A DNA stretch of 64,000 nt from Nitrospirales bacterium (GTDB lineage Bacteria > Nitrospirota > Nitrospiria > Nitrospirales > UBA8639), in the NCBI GenBank assembly GCA_965203295.1, contig CBDBCZ010000019.1, forward strand, positions 2,176,001 to 2,240,000, read 5' to 3'. A program made the translations under genes and the position numbers. Shown here piece after piece: positions 51,575 through 61,529 of the stretch (positions are counted from its first letter, which is position 1; each line of letters opens with the position of its first letter). The notes under the pieces were generated by a model. It searched no databases. It worked only from the letters and a program-made list of their open reading frames with translations, and had not been told where the DNA came from.

Positions 51575-53062
51575 GTGGACGACACGAACGACCAATACAT
51601 CCAACGACTCCAAAAACTCGACACCCTCCGCGATTTGGGCATCTCGCCTTATGGAAAACGTTTTGACAAGGCCCAATCCATTACATTGCTCGTGGATTCC
51701 CATGGAACGAAATCCAAAGAAGAACTCGAGCAAGACAAGATCATTTGCCGTATTGCGGGACGAATTGTCGCACTCCGTCGTTTTGGAAAAGCGGCCTTCG
51801 CTTCTCTGCAAGATGGACCGGACCGTCTCCAAGTCTATTTTAAAAAGGACCAATTGGGAGAAGAGGGGTTTCACCTCTGCCAAGAATTAGACTTGGGGGA
51901 TTGGATTGGTGTCGATGGCCCGTTATTCAGGACCAAAACCAATGAATTGACGGTTGAAGTTCACACCATCACCTTCCTTTCCAAAGGATTACGTACCCTG
52001 CCTGAAAAGTGGCATGGCCTCACAGATATTGAGATGCGGTACCGCCAACGATACGTCGACCTGATTGCGAACCCATCAATTCATAGCATATTTCAGGTCC
52101 GCAGCCGCATGATTTCAGCAATTCGCGAATTTCTCATGGAGCAAGGATTTCTGGAAGTGGAGACCCCTATGATGCAACCCATTCCAGGCGGAGCTACTGC
52201 CAGGCCTTTTGTCACCCACCACAATGCGTTACATGCGGAATTGTATCTTCGGGTTGCTCCAGAACTGTATCTCAAACGACTGATTGTAGGAGGGTTTCGT
52301 CGTGTCTTTGAAATTAATCGCAATTTCAGGAATGAAGGGATATCGACAATCCATAATCCTGAATTCACCATGCTGGAGTTCTACCAAGCCTATGCGGATT
52401 ACCAGGATTTAATGTCCTTGACCGAACAGTTGTTCGAGCGGCTTGCCTTACAAATTTTGGGAAGCACAGCCGTAGAATATCAGGGGAAGACCATCAATCT
52501 GGCCGGTCCCTGGCGAAGGCTTCCCTATTTTGATGCGATATTGGAAGTGAACAACCTCCCACCCAGTATACTTGAAAGTTGTGATGAGGCCCGAACCGTG
52601 GCAAAGAAATTGAACGTGGAGGTCCCTCCTGATGCTGACCTCGTTCCCATTCTTAACCTTATTTTTGAGGAAACGGTTGAACCCCAACTCATTCAACCAA
52701 CCTTTATTACAGACTACCCGATTGAAATTTCCCCATTAGCTAGGAAAAAAGACTCAAATCCTCATTTGACAGACCGTTTTGAACTCTACGTTGGGAATCG
52801 AGAATTGGCAAACGGGTTTTCCGAGTTGAATGATCCGTTGGATCAACGGCAGCGATTCGAAGCTCAGGTTGCCCAACGAGAGGCAGGAGACGAGGAGGCT
52901 CATTACCTGGACGAAGACTTTCTGCGCGCCTTGGAGTATGGAATGCCACCAACCGCAGGGGAAGGGATCGGAATTGACCGCCTGGTCATGTTGTTCACCA
53001 ATCAGCCTTCCATTCGTGACGTCATTCTTTTTCCTCTCTTACGACCAGAGAAGCCATCGTGA
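51575..53062 (+). CDS. lysS: Lysine--tRNA ligase, class II
   Basis: RQRYVDL, APELYLKRL, FRNEG, HNPEFT, GIGIDRL. Confidence 0.97.
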   Translation: MDDTNDQYIQRLQKLDTLRDLGISPYGKRFDKAQSITLLVDSHGTKSKEELEQDKIICRIAGRIVALRRFGKAAFASLQDGPDRLQVYFKKDQLGEEGFHLCQELDLGDWIGVDGPLFRTKTNELTVEVHTITFLSKGLRTLPEKWHGLTDIEMRYRQRYVDLIANPSIHSIFQVRSRMISAIREFLMEQGFLEVETPMMQPIPGGATARPFVTHHNALHAELYLRVAPELYLKRLIVGGFRRVFEINRNFRNEGISTIHNPEFTMLEFYQAYADYQDLMSLTEQLFERLALQILGSTAVEYQGKTINLAGPWRRLPYFDAILEVNNLPPSILESCDEARTVAKKLNVEVPPDADLVPILNLIFEETVEPQLIQPTFITDYPIEISPLARKKDSNPHLTDRFELYVGNRELANGFSELNDPLDQRQRFEAQVAQREAGDEEAHYLDEDFLRALEYGMPPTAGEGIGIDRLVMLFTNQPSIRDVILFPLLRPEKPS

Positions 53063-54342
53063 TCCTTCCTTTTGAAATCTTCGTCGGGCTCAGATATCTC
53101 CTGGCCAAACGACGAACTCGAACCATTTCTTTGAATACATTTATCTCCATTGTTGGAATCACTCTCGGTGTGGCGGCCTTAATCGGTACTCTTGGCATCA
53201 TGACCGGATTTAAGGAAGACATGCAGGAGAAAATCCTCGGCACCACCTCCCATGTCGTCGTTCAAGAAAGGGGCTCCAGCATGATGGCCAGTTATGAAGA
53301 CCTGGTCGGCCAAATTGAGAACGTGCCGAGTGTCGTCGCAGCCACTCCGTTTATTTTCAAACAGGTTCTGTTGACTACCAAAAGGGGAGTTCAAGGTGTT
53401 GTCCTTCGTGGCATTGATCCTATTAAAGAACCGACCGTCACTGAGATCGCATCCAATGTGAAAATTGGAAGCGTGGGGGATTTAGCCCAACGCACACAGG
53501 GGAACAAATCTCAAGAACCTCCCTCACAGGAATCTTCTCTTTCAGGAAAAACACCCACACCCGGTATTATTCTTGGGAAGGAATTAGCTCTCCGTCTGGG
53601 GTCATTTTTAGGAGAACGCGTGAATGTGGTTTCACCGGTTGGGCCAATTAGCGCTCTTGGCATGACACCGAAAATTCGACCATTTCAAATTATGGGTATT
53701 TTTGAATCAGGCATGTATGAATATGATTCTTCTCTCGCGTACATTTCCCTGGGAGAAGCTCAAAAATTCTTTAAATTAGGGAACACCGTCACAGGCATCG
53801 AGGTCAAAGTCGATGATGTCTTTTCGGCCGATAAAACCGCCATTACTATTGAAACAGCATTAGAAGGACGATACTGGGCCAGAGATTGGATGCAATTAAA
53901 CAAGAATTTGTTTTCAGCTCTGAAGTTAGAAAAGACCATGATGTTTCTTTTACTCGTTCTCATTACATTGGTCGCCTCCTTTAACATTGTGGGTACGCTC
54001 ACCATGATCGTCAATGAAAAACAACGAGAAATCGCGATCTTGAAAACCATGGGGGCCACACCAAACGTGATCATGCGAATCTTTATGCTGAATGGTGTGG
54101 TCATTGGACTTACCGGTACCACAATTGGAATCCCATTGGGTTACACGTTTTTATGGTTGATTCAACGGTACTGGACGTTCGACCCGACGGTGTATTACAT
54201 CTCTCAGATTCCCGTCCACATCCAAGCTCTCGATGTATTGGTCGTCTCGCTTTCGGCGATACTGATCAGCTTTATTGCCACTCTTTACCCTTCATGGCAA
54301 GCCGCAAGGTTAGCCCCCGTGAATGCCCTTCGATATGAGTGA
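53059..54342 (+). CDS. lolE: Lipoprotein-releasing ABC transporter permease, LolC/E family
   Basis: GVAALI...MTGF, ALKLEK, REIAILKTMGA, ALRYE. Confidence 0.92.
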   Translation: MILPFEIFVGLRYLLAKRRTRTISLNTFISIVGITLGVAALIGTLGIMTGFKEDMQEKILGTTSHVVVQERGSSMMASYEDLVGQIENVPSVVAATPFIFKQVLLTTKRGVQGVVLRGIDPIKEPTVTEIASNVKIGSVGDLAQRTQGNKSQEPPSQESSLSGKTPTPGIILGKELALRLGSFLGERVNVVSPVGPISALGMTPKIRPFQIMGIFESGMYEYDSSLAYISLGEAQKFFKLGNTVTGIEVKVDDVFSADKTAITIETALEGRYWARDWMQLNKNLFSALKLEKTMMFLLLVLITLVASFNIVGTLTMIVNEKQREIAILKTMGATPNVIMRIFMLNGVVIGLTGTTIGIPLGYTFLWLIQRYWTFDPTVYYISQIPVHIQALDVLVVSLSAILISFIATLYPSWQAARLAPVNALRYE

Positions 54343-55072
54343 CGACTTCCTAGCCTCACACACGGAATCTCTTCCTCTGCTCAAAGTCCAAGCATTGCAC
54401 AAGTCTTTCTCCCACGGCTCTCGACAGATTGAAGTCCTGAAAGATATCAATCTTGAACTGAACCATAGCGAGATCTTGGCCTTGATCGGAGCATCGGGTG
54501 CAGGGAAGAGCACGTTTTTACAGATCATCGGGAGTTTGGATCGTCCGACACAAGGCACCGTGCTTTTTGAGGATCAAGATCTTTTTCAGCTATCAGAGGC
54601 ACAGTTGGCAGAATTTCGAAATCGCCGAATAGGTTTTGTATTCCAGTTCCATCACCTGCTTCCCGAATTTACCGCGTTGGAAAACACGTACCTTCCAGCC
54701 TTAATTCAAAAGGAGCGAAGAAACCGGTATGTGGAATCTGCTCGATCTCTTCTTGAAGAAGTTGGATTACTTGATCGCATCCACCATAAGCCTGGTGAAT
54801 TGTCAGGAGGGGAACAGCAACGTGTAGCAGTCGCGCGGGCCTTGATCCAAAACCCTGATTTAGTGCTCGCAGACGAGCCAACAGGCAACTTGGATACTCA
54901 CACGGGCGAAATGCTCTTTGACCTTCTTCGGGAGCTCAACCAACGGCGAGGAACAACTTTCATGATCGTCACTCACAATGAACGCTTGTCCAAACAAGCT
55001 GACCGTTTGGTTCACATGAAAGACGGACAATTGTTTGACCAATCCAATCAACTTCTTGAGCACAGTGAGTGA
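54335..55072 (+). CDS. lolD: Lipoprotein-releasing ABC transporter ATPase
   Basis: [39 protein letters not shown]. Confidence 0.94.
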   Translation: MSDDFLASHTESLPLLKVQALHKSFSHGSRQIEVLKDINLELNHSEILALIGASGAGKSTFLQIIGSLDRPTQGTVLFEDQDLFQLSEAQLAEFRNRRIGFVFQFHHLLPEFTALENTYLPALIQKERRNRYVESARSLLEEVGLLDRIHHKPGELSGGEQQRVAVARALIQNPDLVLADEPTGNLDTHTGEMLFDLLRELNQRRGTTFMIVTHNERLSKQADRLVHMKDGQLFDQSNQLLEHSE

Positions 55073-55230
55073 AGCCCCACGGCATTAGCCTACTCCGCTA
55101 AAGTCGTTTTAGCTACGAAGGACGAGCAACCGTGGCGCCTATTAGGACTTCGGTCACCTACGCGCCACAGCTTCGGAGACGGTGCGAGGAACCTGCCGAA
55201 GCAGCCCTCCTTCGCGAAGGCGGGTGAAGC
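55071..55230. repeat. Nested REP-like palindrome cluster between convergent genes
   Basis: GCCCCACGG...CCGTGGCGC IR with internal and adjacent CCTWCGC-n-GCTWCGG-type units and the reverse unit CCGAAGC...GCGAAGG. Confidence 0.55.
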
Positions 55231-55316
55231 ATGACGAGATGATACATCACGGCACTGGTATCATCTCAAATGCTTGACAGAAAACGGGATAAGTCAACTG
55301 GGCAGAATCGTATTTT

Positions 55317-56072
55317 CTACTGAGAAGCCGTGATCCGATCTTTAATCGCATCAAATCTCGCTTTGGGAATAACTTGTTTGGCAACAAGTTCTCCGCGAAG
55401 CCGATAAGGCCGGTTGTCCACCACCTTTTCGGCCATTTCTTTGGTCAGCCCCAGTAACAGGACCATATCATTCGCAGACGCGGTATTGATATTCACAGGA
55501 GCAGGAGCGCCTCTCTGCAGGGGATCAAGTGAGGCGGCTGCTTGTTGAGAGACTGATTGCCCTGGACTAGGGAGTGTATTCACGATTGGTTTCGGCTCAG
55601 GAGGTGTTGTCGCTGGTGGAGGGACCCTTGTGGCGTCTACAGCCCGACGTTTCCTTGCCTCTTTTAACTCTTTTTGATACCGAACGACGGTGCTCTTTAA
55701 CGCGTTATTTTGGCTTTTCACCTTTTTGAACTCTCGTTGGATTTTCGCCACTCTCGAAGACAAAGCCTGGCTTTCCTTTTCTAAATCTGCTTCCCGACTC
55801 TCCAAAAGCAAACGTTCATTCTCACGATCTTCCTTTATTCGCTTCACTTCAGAGCCCATCATTTCCAGATCAGCGCTGACTTTTTCATTTTGACCTTTTA
55901 GCTTCTGAATCTCTTTTTCCAAAGTATCTCTCAGCATTTCGCTTTTTTCCAATTCATTCTTGGCTAATGTCTTATCGGCAACGGCGGCCTCATACTTTTT
56001 CTTGGACACGAGGCAACCATTTAATCCCACCATACCAACCAAAACTATCACCATGACGCTTCGTAATGTCAT
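55317..56072 (-). CDS. Lipoprotein with coiled coil and C-terminal helix-hairpin-helix (ComEA-like) domain
   Basis: LNGC lipobox, heptad region, Pro-rich linker, VNINTASANDM...GL...AEKVVDNRPY. Confidence 0.82.
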   Translation of the reverse strand: MTLRSVMVIVLVGMVGLNGCLVSKKKYEAAVADKTLAKNELEKSEMLRDTLEKEIQKLKGQNEKVSADLEMMGSEVKRIKEDRENERLLLESREADLEKESQALSSRVAKIQREFKKVKSQNNALKSTVVRYQKELKEARKRRAVDATRVPPPATTPPEPKPIVNTLPSPGQSVSQQAAASLDPLQRGAPAPVNINTASANDMVLLLGLTKEMAEKVVDNRPYRLRGELVAKQVIPKARFDAIKDRITASQ

Positions 56073-56367
56073 TGAATTCCTCCCCACATCCTTGTTTCGA
56101 CTTATACTGTAGTAACCATGAGCGTTCGGCTACATAAGAGGATTCGTGAGTGTATCAACACCCAAACGAATAGACAAAAAAACACAATTCAATATGCTGA
56201 AAGAACGATCCTAGCATGTAAGGAAGGACAGGTTTTGTCAATAGGTTGCCTCCCACTATTATAATATGTTAGGCCCACTGGCAAAACTCGCAACTAGTTC
56301 AAGCAGAGATGGCCGAAGCGATCTGTCCATCGACTGTAACTATCCGTCGAGAAAAGGAGACGGAACA

Positions 56368-58746
56368 ATGGCCGACCGCACTGTGGCTCTACGAATCGGT
56401 TTGGGACTCATCTGCGCGCTCGCGACTCCGGGGCAAGCTTTTTCGAACGACCTCGTTCCGCCGCTGCCCGTCCTGACTCAGCTCCAAGAGCTGACGGCAG
56501 AACAGATCGACGAGGGCGAGAAGGTAATCGTTGTAGCTGAAGAACGAGTTGTAGCTGAAGAACGAATGGTCGCGAAGCTCACGGGCAAGAAGATACTCGG
56601 GAATCGCGGCCCGAGAACCGAGGAGTTCTTCAGGGACATCGCCCATCGATACCGAAAGGATCTCCGAAGCCTTCGGCGAGAAATCGATCGAGAACTATTC
56701 GCTTGGAAGCGCCGAGCTCCCCAGGATCCGTTCACCCTCCAACACGTCTACAACCGCCCGCGCCGGGCGATTGAACTCGCGTGGCAGCTCCTGATCATAG
56801 AGTTCGGCATGCGGGTCAACGCCCTCGACCTGGAGAACAAGAAGCTACACAGCGATCTTCACCGAGAGTGGGCGGAGAAGGCACGCGGATTTTTCCGGCC
56901 AACCCTAGAAGCTCGCCGCATATACGCTGGCGACGCTTGGCGTTGGGTCGACATCGCCCGTCGGCGCGAGCATCAGTCTCAAGAAAAAGCCGGAGTGCGT
57001 TTCGTCTACATGCAGTTCACCCCGAACCTCCGTCAGCGCCTGCTCGCACTGCGAGAGCAAGTCTTAGGAGAGGGTTCGCTCGAGAGTTCGTCTGCGATCG
57101 ACAAATACTCGCTCTACACGAGGAAGCTCCGTTTTCCCACCGGATCCATCTTCGCTCGCGAAGAACCACTCCCACCCCTGACGATCGCGAGGAGTTTACG
57201 AGCCGAGCCGGTCGAATCCCTCCGCGCATTCGACGATACGTTTCCAGCGCAGCTCGACGCCGGCTCTGCTCTCGAGAGCGCGATCCGCCAGCTCGAGGAG
57301 CGGCTCCGCCAGTTTACGGCGAACTCCAGCCGCGCTCGCCTTCTCTTCGAGCAGCTGGGTCGAGGGAGCGGGGGTGTTGAGCAACTCGAGGAAATGCGCT
57401 CCGAGGTCCAGAGGCATGTCGAGATGGTACGAGACCTGGCAGAGAGCGCACGCGCTGCGCAAAACCGAGATCTGAACGATGGCCACATCCGCGATGTGGC
57501 CCAGCCCCAAGTCGTCGCCGCCGAGAAGAGGCTCGCGGAAGCGGAGAAGAGTGTCGAGAAGGAGTCGCTCAAGCTGCGTCGCAACCGAGCGTTCGAAAAA
57601 AGTATCGAGAATGAGCTGGCGGATCCGGATATCTCCAAGAACTTCACCAAGGAAGATCGTGAGCGGCGCAAAACGGCCCTCGCGCGACTGAGGAAGAAGA
57701 ATGCCGATCTCGCCAAGGCGATCGAGGTAGCGCTGCCCCCCCACCGGAAGGCGCTCCAAGAAGCGAAGGCACATCTCGCCGCGGCACAAGCCGAGCGCCA
57801 GAAGAACGCAGATTTTGCCGGAGAATTCGATACGGAACACTCCCGCGTGCTGGAGGAGCTACGCGGCATGGCTCGAAAGTTGCGGGCACAGGGATTCCGA
57901 ATTTCACCTTTGCTCCGGAAGGATCCGGAGAGCATTCTCGGCGTGGCGGAAGATCTCGCCGATATCAGCAACCAGCTGCAGCGCAAGGCAGAAAAACGCA
58001 TCGTTGACTGTGAGGTCTTGCGGGCCGAGCTCGAGGCGATCGACGCCGAGCGAGCGGGACTTGCGCACAACATCCAGCTCGCGAAGCTGCGGGCGACCCT
58101 GGAGGCGCGGAAGGCTCTCAAGGCGACTGGAACACCCCCCGAAAGCGAGCTGCTGAAGAAGCTCGAGGAGATGGGATCCCTCGTCGGCGAAGGCGAGAAG
58201 TTCCTCGGCGAGCTGAAGATGCGGCTGGGGAGACTCAGGAAGGCGGGGGAAGTCTTGACAGACATCGAGTTCCTACGACGAGCCGAAGGCGCTCGGGTCG
58301 GCGAGATGGTCAATGCCGCTGCCGAGCGCGTCTCCGCTTTGAAGGATGATCTGGGAACCATGGAGAAGATCCGCAGTATGACCGAGAAGATCGAGCAGTT
58401 ACGTGGCCATCTCGACCGCGGTGAGTCCATTGAAGCACTGGCCGGATATCTCGAGCTCGTCTCCAAGCTCGGAAGCAAGGTCCCCCTCGCCGACCCCTTC
58501 ATGGAAGAAATGCTGCGCTTTTACGGGGCAGCGACGCGGGGGATCGCCGACGAGATCGGCCAGATCACGGAAAGACTCATCGCACAGCGCATCGACCTTC
58601 TCCACCCTCAACCCGAGCACAAGCTCTACACGAAGGCCGAAGTGGAGGACGCGATCGCGGGTCGCCAACTTTCCGCGGCTAAGCTCGAGGAGCTGGTTGT
58701 ATCGGTCCAGGTAAGGCGGCTCATGACGCTCCTACCTACCCGTTGA
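56368..58746 (+). CDS. Hypothetical secreted coiled-coil protein (792 aa), compositionally foreign
   Basis: AAGGAG RBS before ATG 56368, signal peptide, long uninterrupted ORF, visibly higher GC than the flanks. Confidence 0.78.
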   Translation: MADRTVALRIGLGLICALATPGQAFSNDLVPPLPVLTQLQELTAEQIDEGEKVIVVAEERVVAEERMVAKLTGKKILGNRGPRTEEFFRDIAHRYRKDLRSLRREIDRELFAWKRRAPQDPFTLQHVYNRPRRAIELAWQLLIIEFGMRVNALDLENKKLHSDLHREWAEKARGFFRPTLEARRIYAGDAWRWVDIARRREHQSQEKAGVRFVYMQFTPNLRQRLLALREQVLGEGSLESSSAIDKYSLYTRKLRFPTGSIFAREEPLPPLTIARSLRAEPVESLRAFDDTFPAQLDAGSALESAIRQLEERLRQFTANSSRARLLFEQLGRGSGGVEQLEEMRSEVQRHVEMVRDLAESARAAQNRDLNDGHIRDVAQPQVVAAEKRLAEAEKSVEKESLKLRRNRAFEKSIENELADPDISKNFTKEDRERRKTALARLRKKNADLAKAIEVALPPHRKALQEAKAHLAAAQAERQKNADFAGEFDTEHSRVLEELRGMARKLRAQGFRISPLLRKDPESILGVAEDLADISNQLQRKAEKRIVDCEVLRAELEAIDAERAGLAHNIQLAKLRATLEARKALKATGTPPESELLKKLEEMGSLVGEGEKFLGELKMRLGRLRKAGEVLTDIEFLRRAEGARVGEMVNAAAERVSALKDDLGTMEKIRSMTEKIEQLRGHLDRGESIEALAGYLELVSKLGSKVPLADPFMEEMLRFYGAATRGIADEIGQITERLIAQRIDLLHPQPEHKLYTKAEVEDAIAGRQLSAAKLEELVVSVQVRRLMTLLPTR

Positions 58747-59003
58747 CGAGAGCCACGAGAGAGGACGCAAAGACGGTCATCGCCCTGAGTGAGGTTGCAT
58801 ACTCTCGAGCGCGGGAGGGATCGACGTGCGATCATTCCCGTGCTCCGACTATTTCCCTGACGTTTACGGCTTCACCCTTTCTCTCAGGGTAAATTCGTTC
58901 TCCCAAGTCTCACTTGGCGGCTGTCGCGCAAGAATTGCTTGACATCCTGAGGGAGTCGAAGACCAACCGACCAGAAGTCCAGACGTGACCACATCTATTT
59001 GAA

Positions 59004-59032
59004 TTGACAGGAATTATCCTGTAGGATAAATT
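59004..59032 (+). promoter_or_regulatory. Sigma70 promoter with overlapping palindromic operator upstream of uppP
   Basis: TTGACA-N17-TAAATT containing TTATCCT-GT-AGGATAA (59014-59029). Confidence 0.5.
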
Positions 59033-59192
59033 CACCCTGCCACACTACTAAAGCGAAAAGTCCTTTCCTCCAATTTGATCACCTAAATTTCCAAGATTGA
59101 CTATCCGAAACAAGTCTGTGAGGATCTCTCCCCACTTTGATTATGTAGAATGTATCTTGACTCCAGGCTATAACCGTACCTCTCACGAGAAC

Positions 59193-60089
59193 ATGCAAGA
59201 ATTCGGACTAGGACTGGCTCTCATTCTTGGGCTTGTGGAAGGGCTCACTGAGTTCCTGCCCGTCTCCTCCACTGGTCATCTCATTCTGGTTGGACATTTC
59301 TTAGGTTTTACAGGAGAAGTGGCTGTGAGAATTGATATCTGCATTCAGCTCGGCTCAATCCTGTCTATCGTCGCCTATGAACGCAGGAAAATCCTTGAGC
59401 TGTTCCGAGAAGCCTGTCGAGAACAAAAAGCCTTGCGTCATTTTGTCCATGCTTCTCGCAGCAAGAACGGGAGAGAGTCGGCTCAATCCTGGCTAGCCTT
59501 ATTCCAACAATCTTGCCAAATACACCCCAACCTATGGTTTTTGGTGGGATTGATCGTGGCCTTCTTACCCTCTGCCTTTGTGGGATTCATGACCCACTCC
59601 TGGATTGAGACTCATCTGTTTTCAGCCCAAACAGTAGCCATTAGTCTCATAGTAGGAGGAATCATTATCTATATTGTAGAAATGTGGCCAAGGAAAGAGC
59701 GGGTTTCTCAACTCCATCAAGTTGGGATTCGGCCCGCCTTAATGGTTGGGCTCGCGCAATGTGCGGCATTGATCCCAGGTATGTCTCGGTCTGGTTCCAC
59801 GATCATCGGAGGTCTCTTGACGGGCCTCAACCGGAAGGTCGCGACAGAGTACTCTTTTTTTCTTGCCCTACCGACCATGTTGGCCGCCACGTTTTACAAA
59901 CTTGTCCAATCCTTTCATCTATTCAGTTGGGAAGACGCCTTGGCCCTTTTCATAGGAATGGTCGTGTCATTTGTTGTGGCCTGGGTCGTTATCAGTCTTT
60001 TTCTTACTTATGTGAAACGGCATACCCTCCGGGTCTTCGCTTTCTACCGCATAGGACTCGGCATAGTCTTACTGTTCTTCCTCCAATAG
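59193..60089 (+). CDS. uppP: Undecaprenyl-diphosphate phosphatase
   Basis: GLVEGLTEFLPVSSTGH, PGMSRSGSTI. Confidence 0.94.
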   Translation: MQEFGLGLALILGLVEGLTEFLPVSSTGHLILVGHFLGFTGEVAVRIDICIQLGSILSIVAYERRKILELFREACREQKALRHFVHASRSKNGRESAQSWLALFQQSCQIHPNLWFLVGLIVAFLPSAFVGFMTHSWIETHLFSAQTVAISLIVGGIIIYIVEMWPRKERVSQLHQVGIRPALMVGLAQCAALIPGMSRSGSTIIGGLLTGLNRKVATEYSFFLALPTMLAATFYKLVQSFHLFSWEDALALFIGMVVSFVVAWVVISLFLTYVKRHTLRVFAFYRIGLGIVLLFFLQ

Positions 60090-60108
60090 CTACAATAATT
60101 TTCTCACG

Positions 60109-60903
60109 TTAGCAGACGTAAAATTCCGGATGCCGGTCTCGAAAAATGTCATTATAGGGATTTATTGATTTATTGCGGGCTTCATGTACATCAATGTCAA
60201 CAATGGTGAGTTCCTCCTCCCTTGACGAGGCTCGATGAACAATGAGCCCTCAAGGAGACACCACCTCGCTTTTTCCAATGAAGGTTAGCGGCTGCTTCCC
60301 TCCTCGACTCTCCTGACCCACACGGTTGGCCGTCACACTAAAAACTCGATTCTCAAGACATCGGGTGACCATCGCATCCGGACAATGTGGAAGCACTAAG
60401 TTCGACGGATGGGCAAGGACGTCAGCCCCTTTCAGGGCCAAAGTTCGCGCAGCTTCGGGATAGATCCAGTCAAAGCAAATCAAGACTCCCACTTTGGCCA
60501 TCCCGATATCCCAAACCTCTAGACCTGTATTACCTGGAGAAAAAAACAACGTCTCCTCGAAAAACAGGTGCGCTTTCCGATACAGGCCAATAAACCCTGT
60601 GGGACCCACCAAGATTGCCGAGTTGTAACATTGATTTCCCACCTGTTCAGGGAGACCAACAACCACATGCATTGAACGCCTTTTGGCCAACTCAATAAAG
60701 CCCTGCGTCGTGGGTCCATCTGGGACAGATTCAGCTAGGCTGCTCACTTCGTCCTGAGAAGTGAACTGATAACCAGATAGAGCTAATTAAGGTAACACCA
60801 AGAGATCACATTCAACCTCGGAAAGACAGTTCATGACCGAATCCAGGTTCTTTTTGACCTCTCCGAAGACCGGATCAAATTGATAAAATCCGACTTTCAG
60901 CAT
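60109..60903 (-). pseudogene. Nitrilase/carbon-nitrogen hydrolase with two in-frame stops (60787-60789 and 60250-60252)
   Basis: MLKVGFYQF...DLLVLP*L (catalytic Glu position), YRKAHL, ICFDW, VVSP*G...DRHPEFY. Confidence 0.88.
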
Positions 60904-61001
60904 TCCACCTTACAGACGTCTCAAAAATCACAAACCAAACACCTTTCAGGAAAAACGATCTCTAAGTTTAAGGAATACGCAACTTCTCAGCTGCCTCTGG
61001 T

Positions 61002-61036
61002 AAAAAAAAGCGGGCAGTCACCCTGCCCGCTTTTTT
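61002..61036. terminator. Intrinsic terminator after smbP, bidirectional shape
   Basis: A8-GCGGGCAG-TCACC-CTGCCCGC-T6. Confidence 0.85.
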
Positions 61037-61062
61037 CCAGAGAATTCCCGCTTGCAAAAGGA

Positions 61063-61407
61063 TCAATGGACCTCTTTCATATGCATGACCGCACTTTTAG
61101 CATGTTTGGTCGCCACTCCCGCGTGACCTTGGTTGCCATGATCAATGGCATTTTCCAATTCACTGACTCCTTCATCCAAATGCGGATTGCTCACTTCTTT
61201 TTGGGCGGCTCGGGCATGTTTCAAAGACACTTCTGCATGCATCACGATGGCATCTGAATGACCCAGTTCGCCATGTTCGACAGCTTCTTCAGCATGTGAG
61301 ATGGCCTCGTGCACATGAGCGTTTCTCCCTGCCAATGCCAAACCCGCCATAGAGAGGACAACTGCCCCACTGATACAAATCGCTAGGAAAAGTTTATGTG
61401 TTCTCAT
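61063..61407 (-). CDS. smbP: Small metal-binding protein SmbP-like
   Basis: Signal peptide, heptad His pattern HVHEAISHAEEAVEHG...HAEVSLKH...ATKHAKSAVMH. Confidence 0.85.
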   Translation of the reverse strand: MRTHKLFLAICISGAVVLSMAGLALAGRNAHVHEAISHAEEAVEHGELGHSDAIVMHAEVSLKHARAAQKEVSNPHLDEGVSELENAIDHGNQGHAGVATKHAKSAVMHMKEVH

Positions 61408-61529
61408 TCTCAACCTCCCAAAAGGTGATTAAAAATAATCATTCTTCTTCCTTGATCTTCTCTTTTATACATCTTCGCATTCCTAGGGATGAAGTTCAAG
61501 AAGGCTGGGCTTCCTCCTGAGCTGTCATT

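Noticed and set aside
56260..56275. GTTAGGC (integron core-like GTTRRRY) at the left edge of the foreign gene
   Set aside because: No matching RYYYAAC/attC after the stop codon and no integrase in the window; a 7-mer can occur by chance.
57114..58502. 462-aa antisense ORF and other long overlapping ORFs
   Set aside because: Ser/Arg/Ala-rich shadow of the GC-rich plus-strand gene, with no recognisable motifs.
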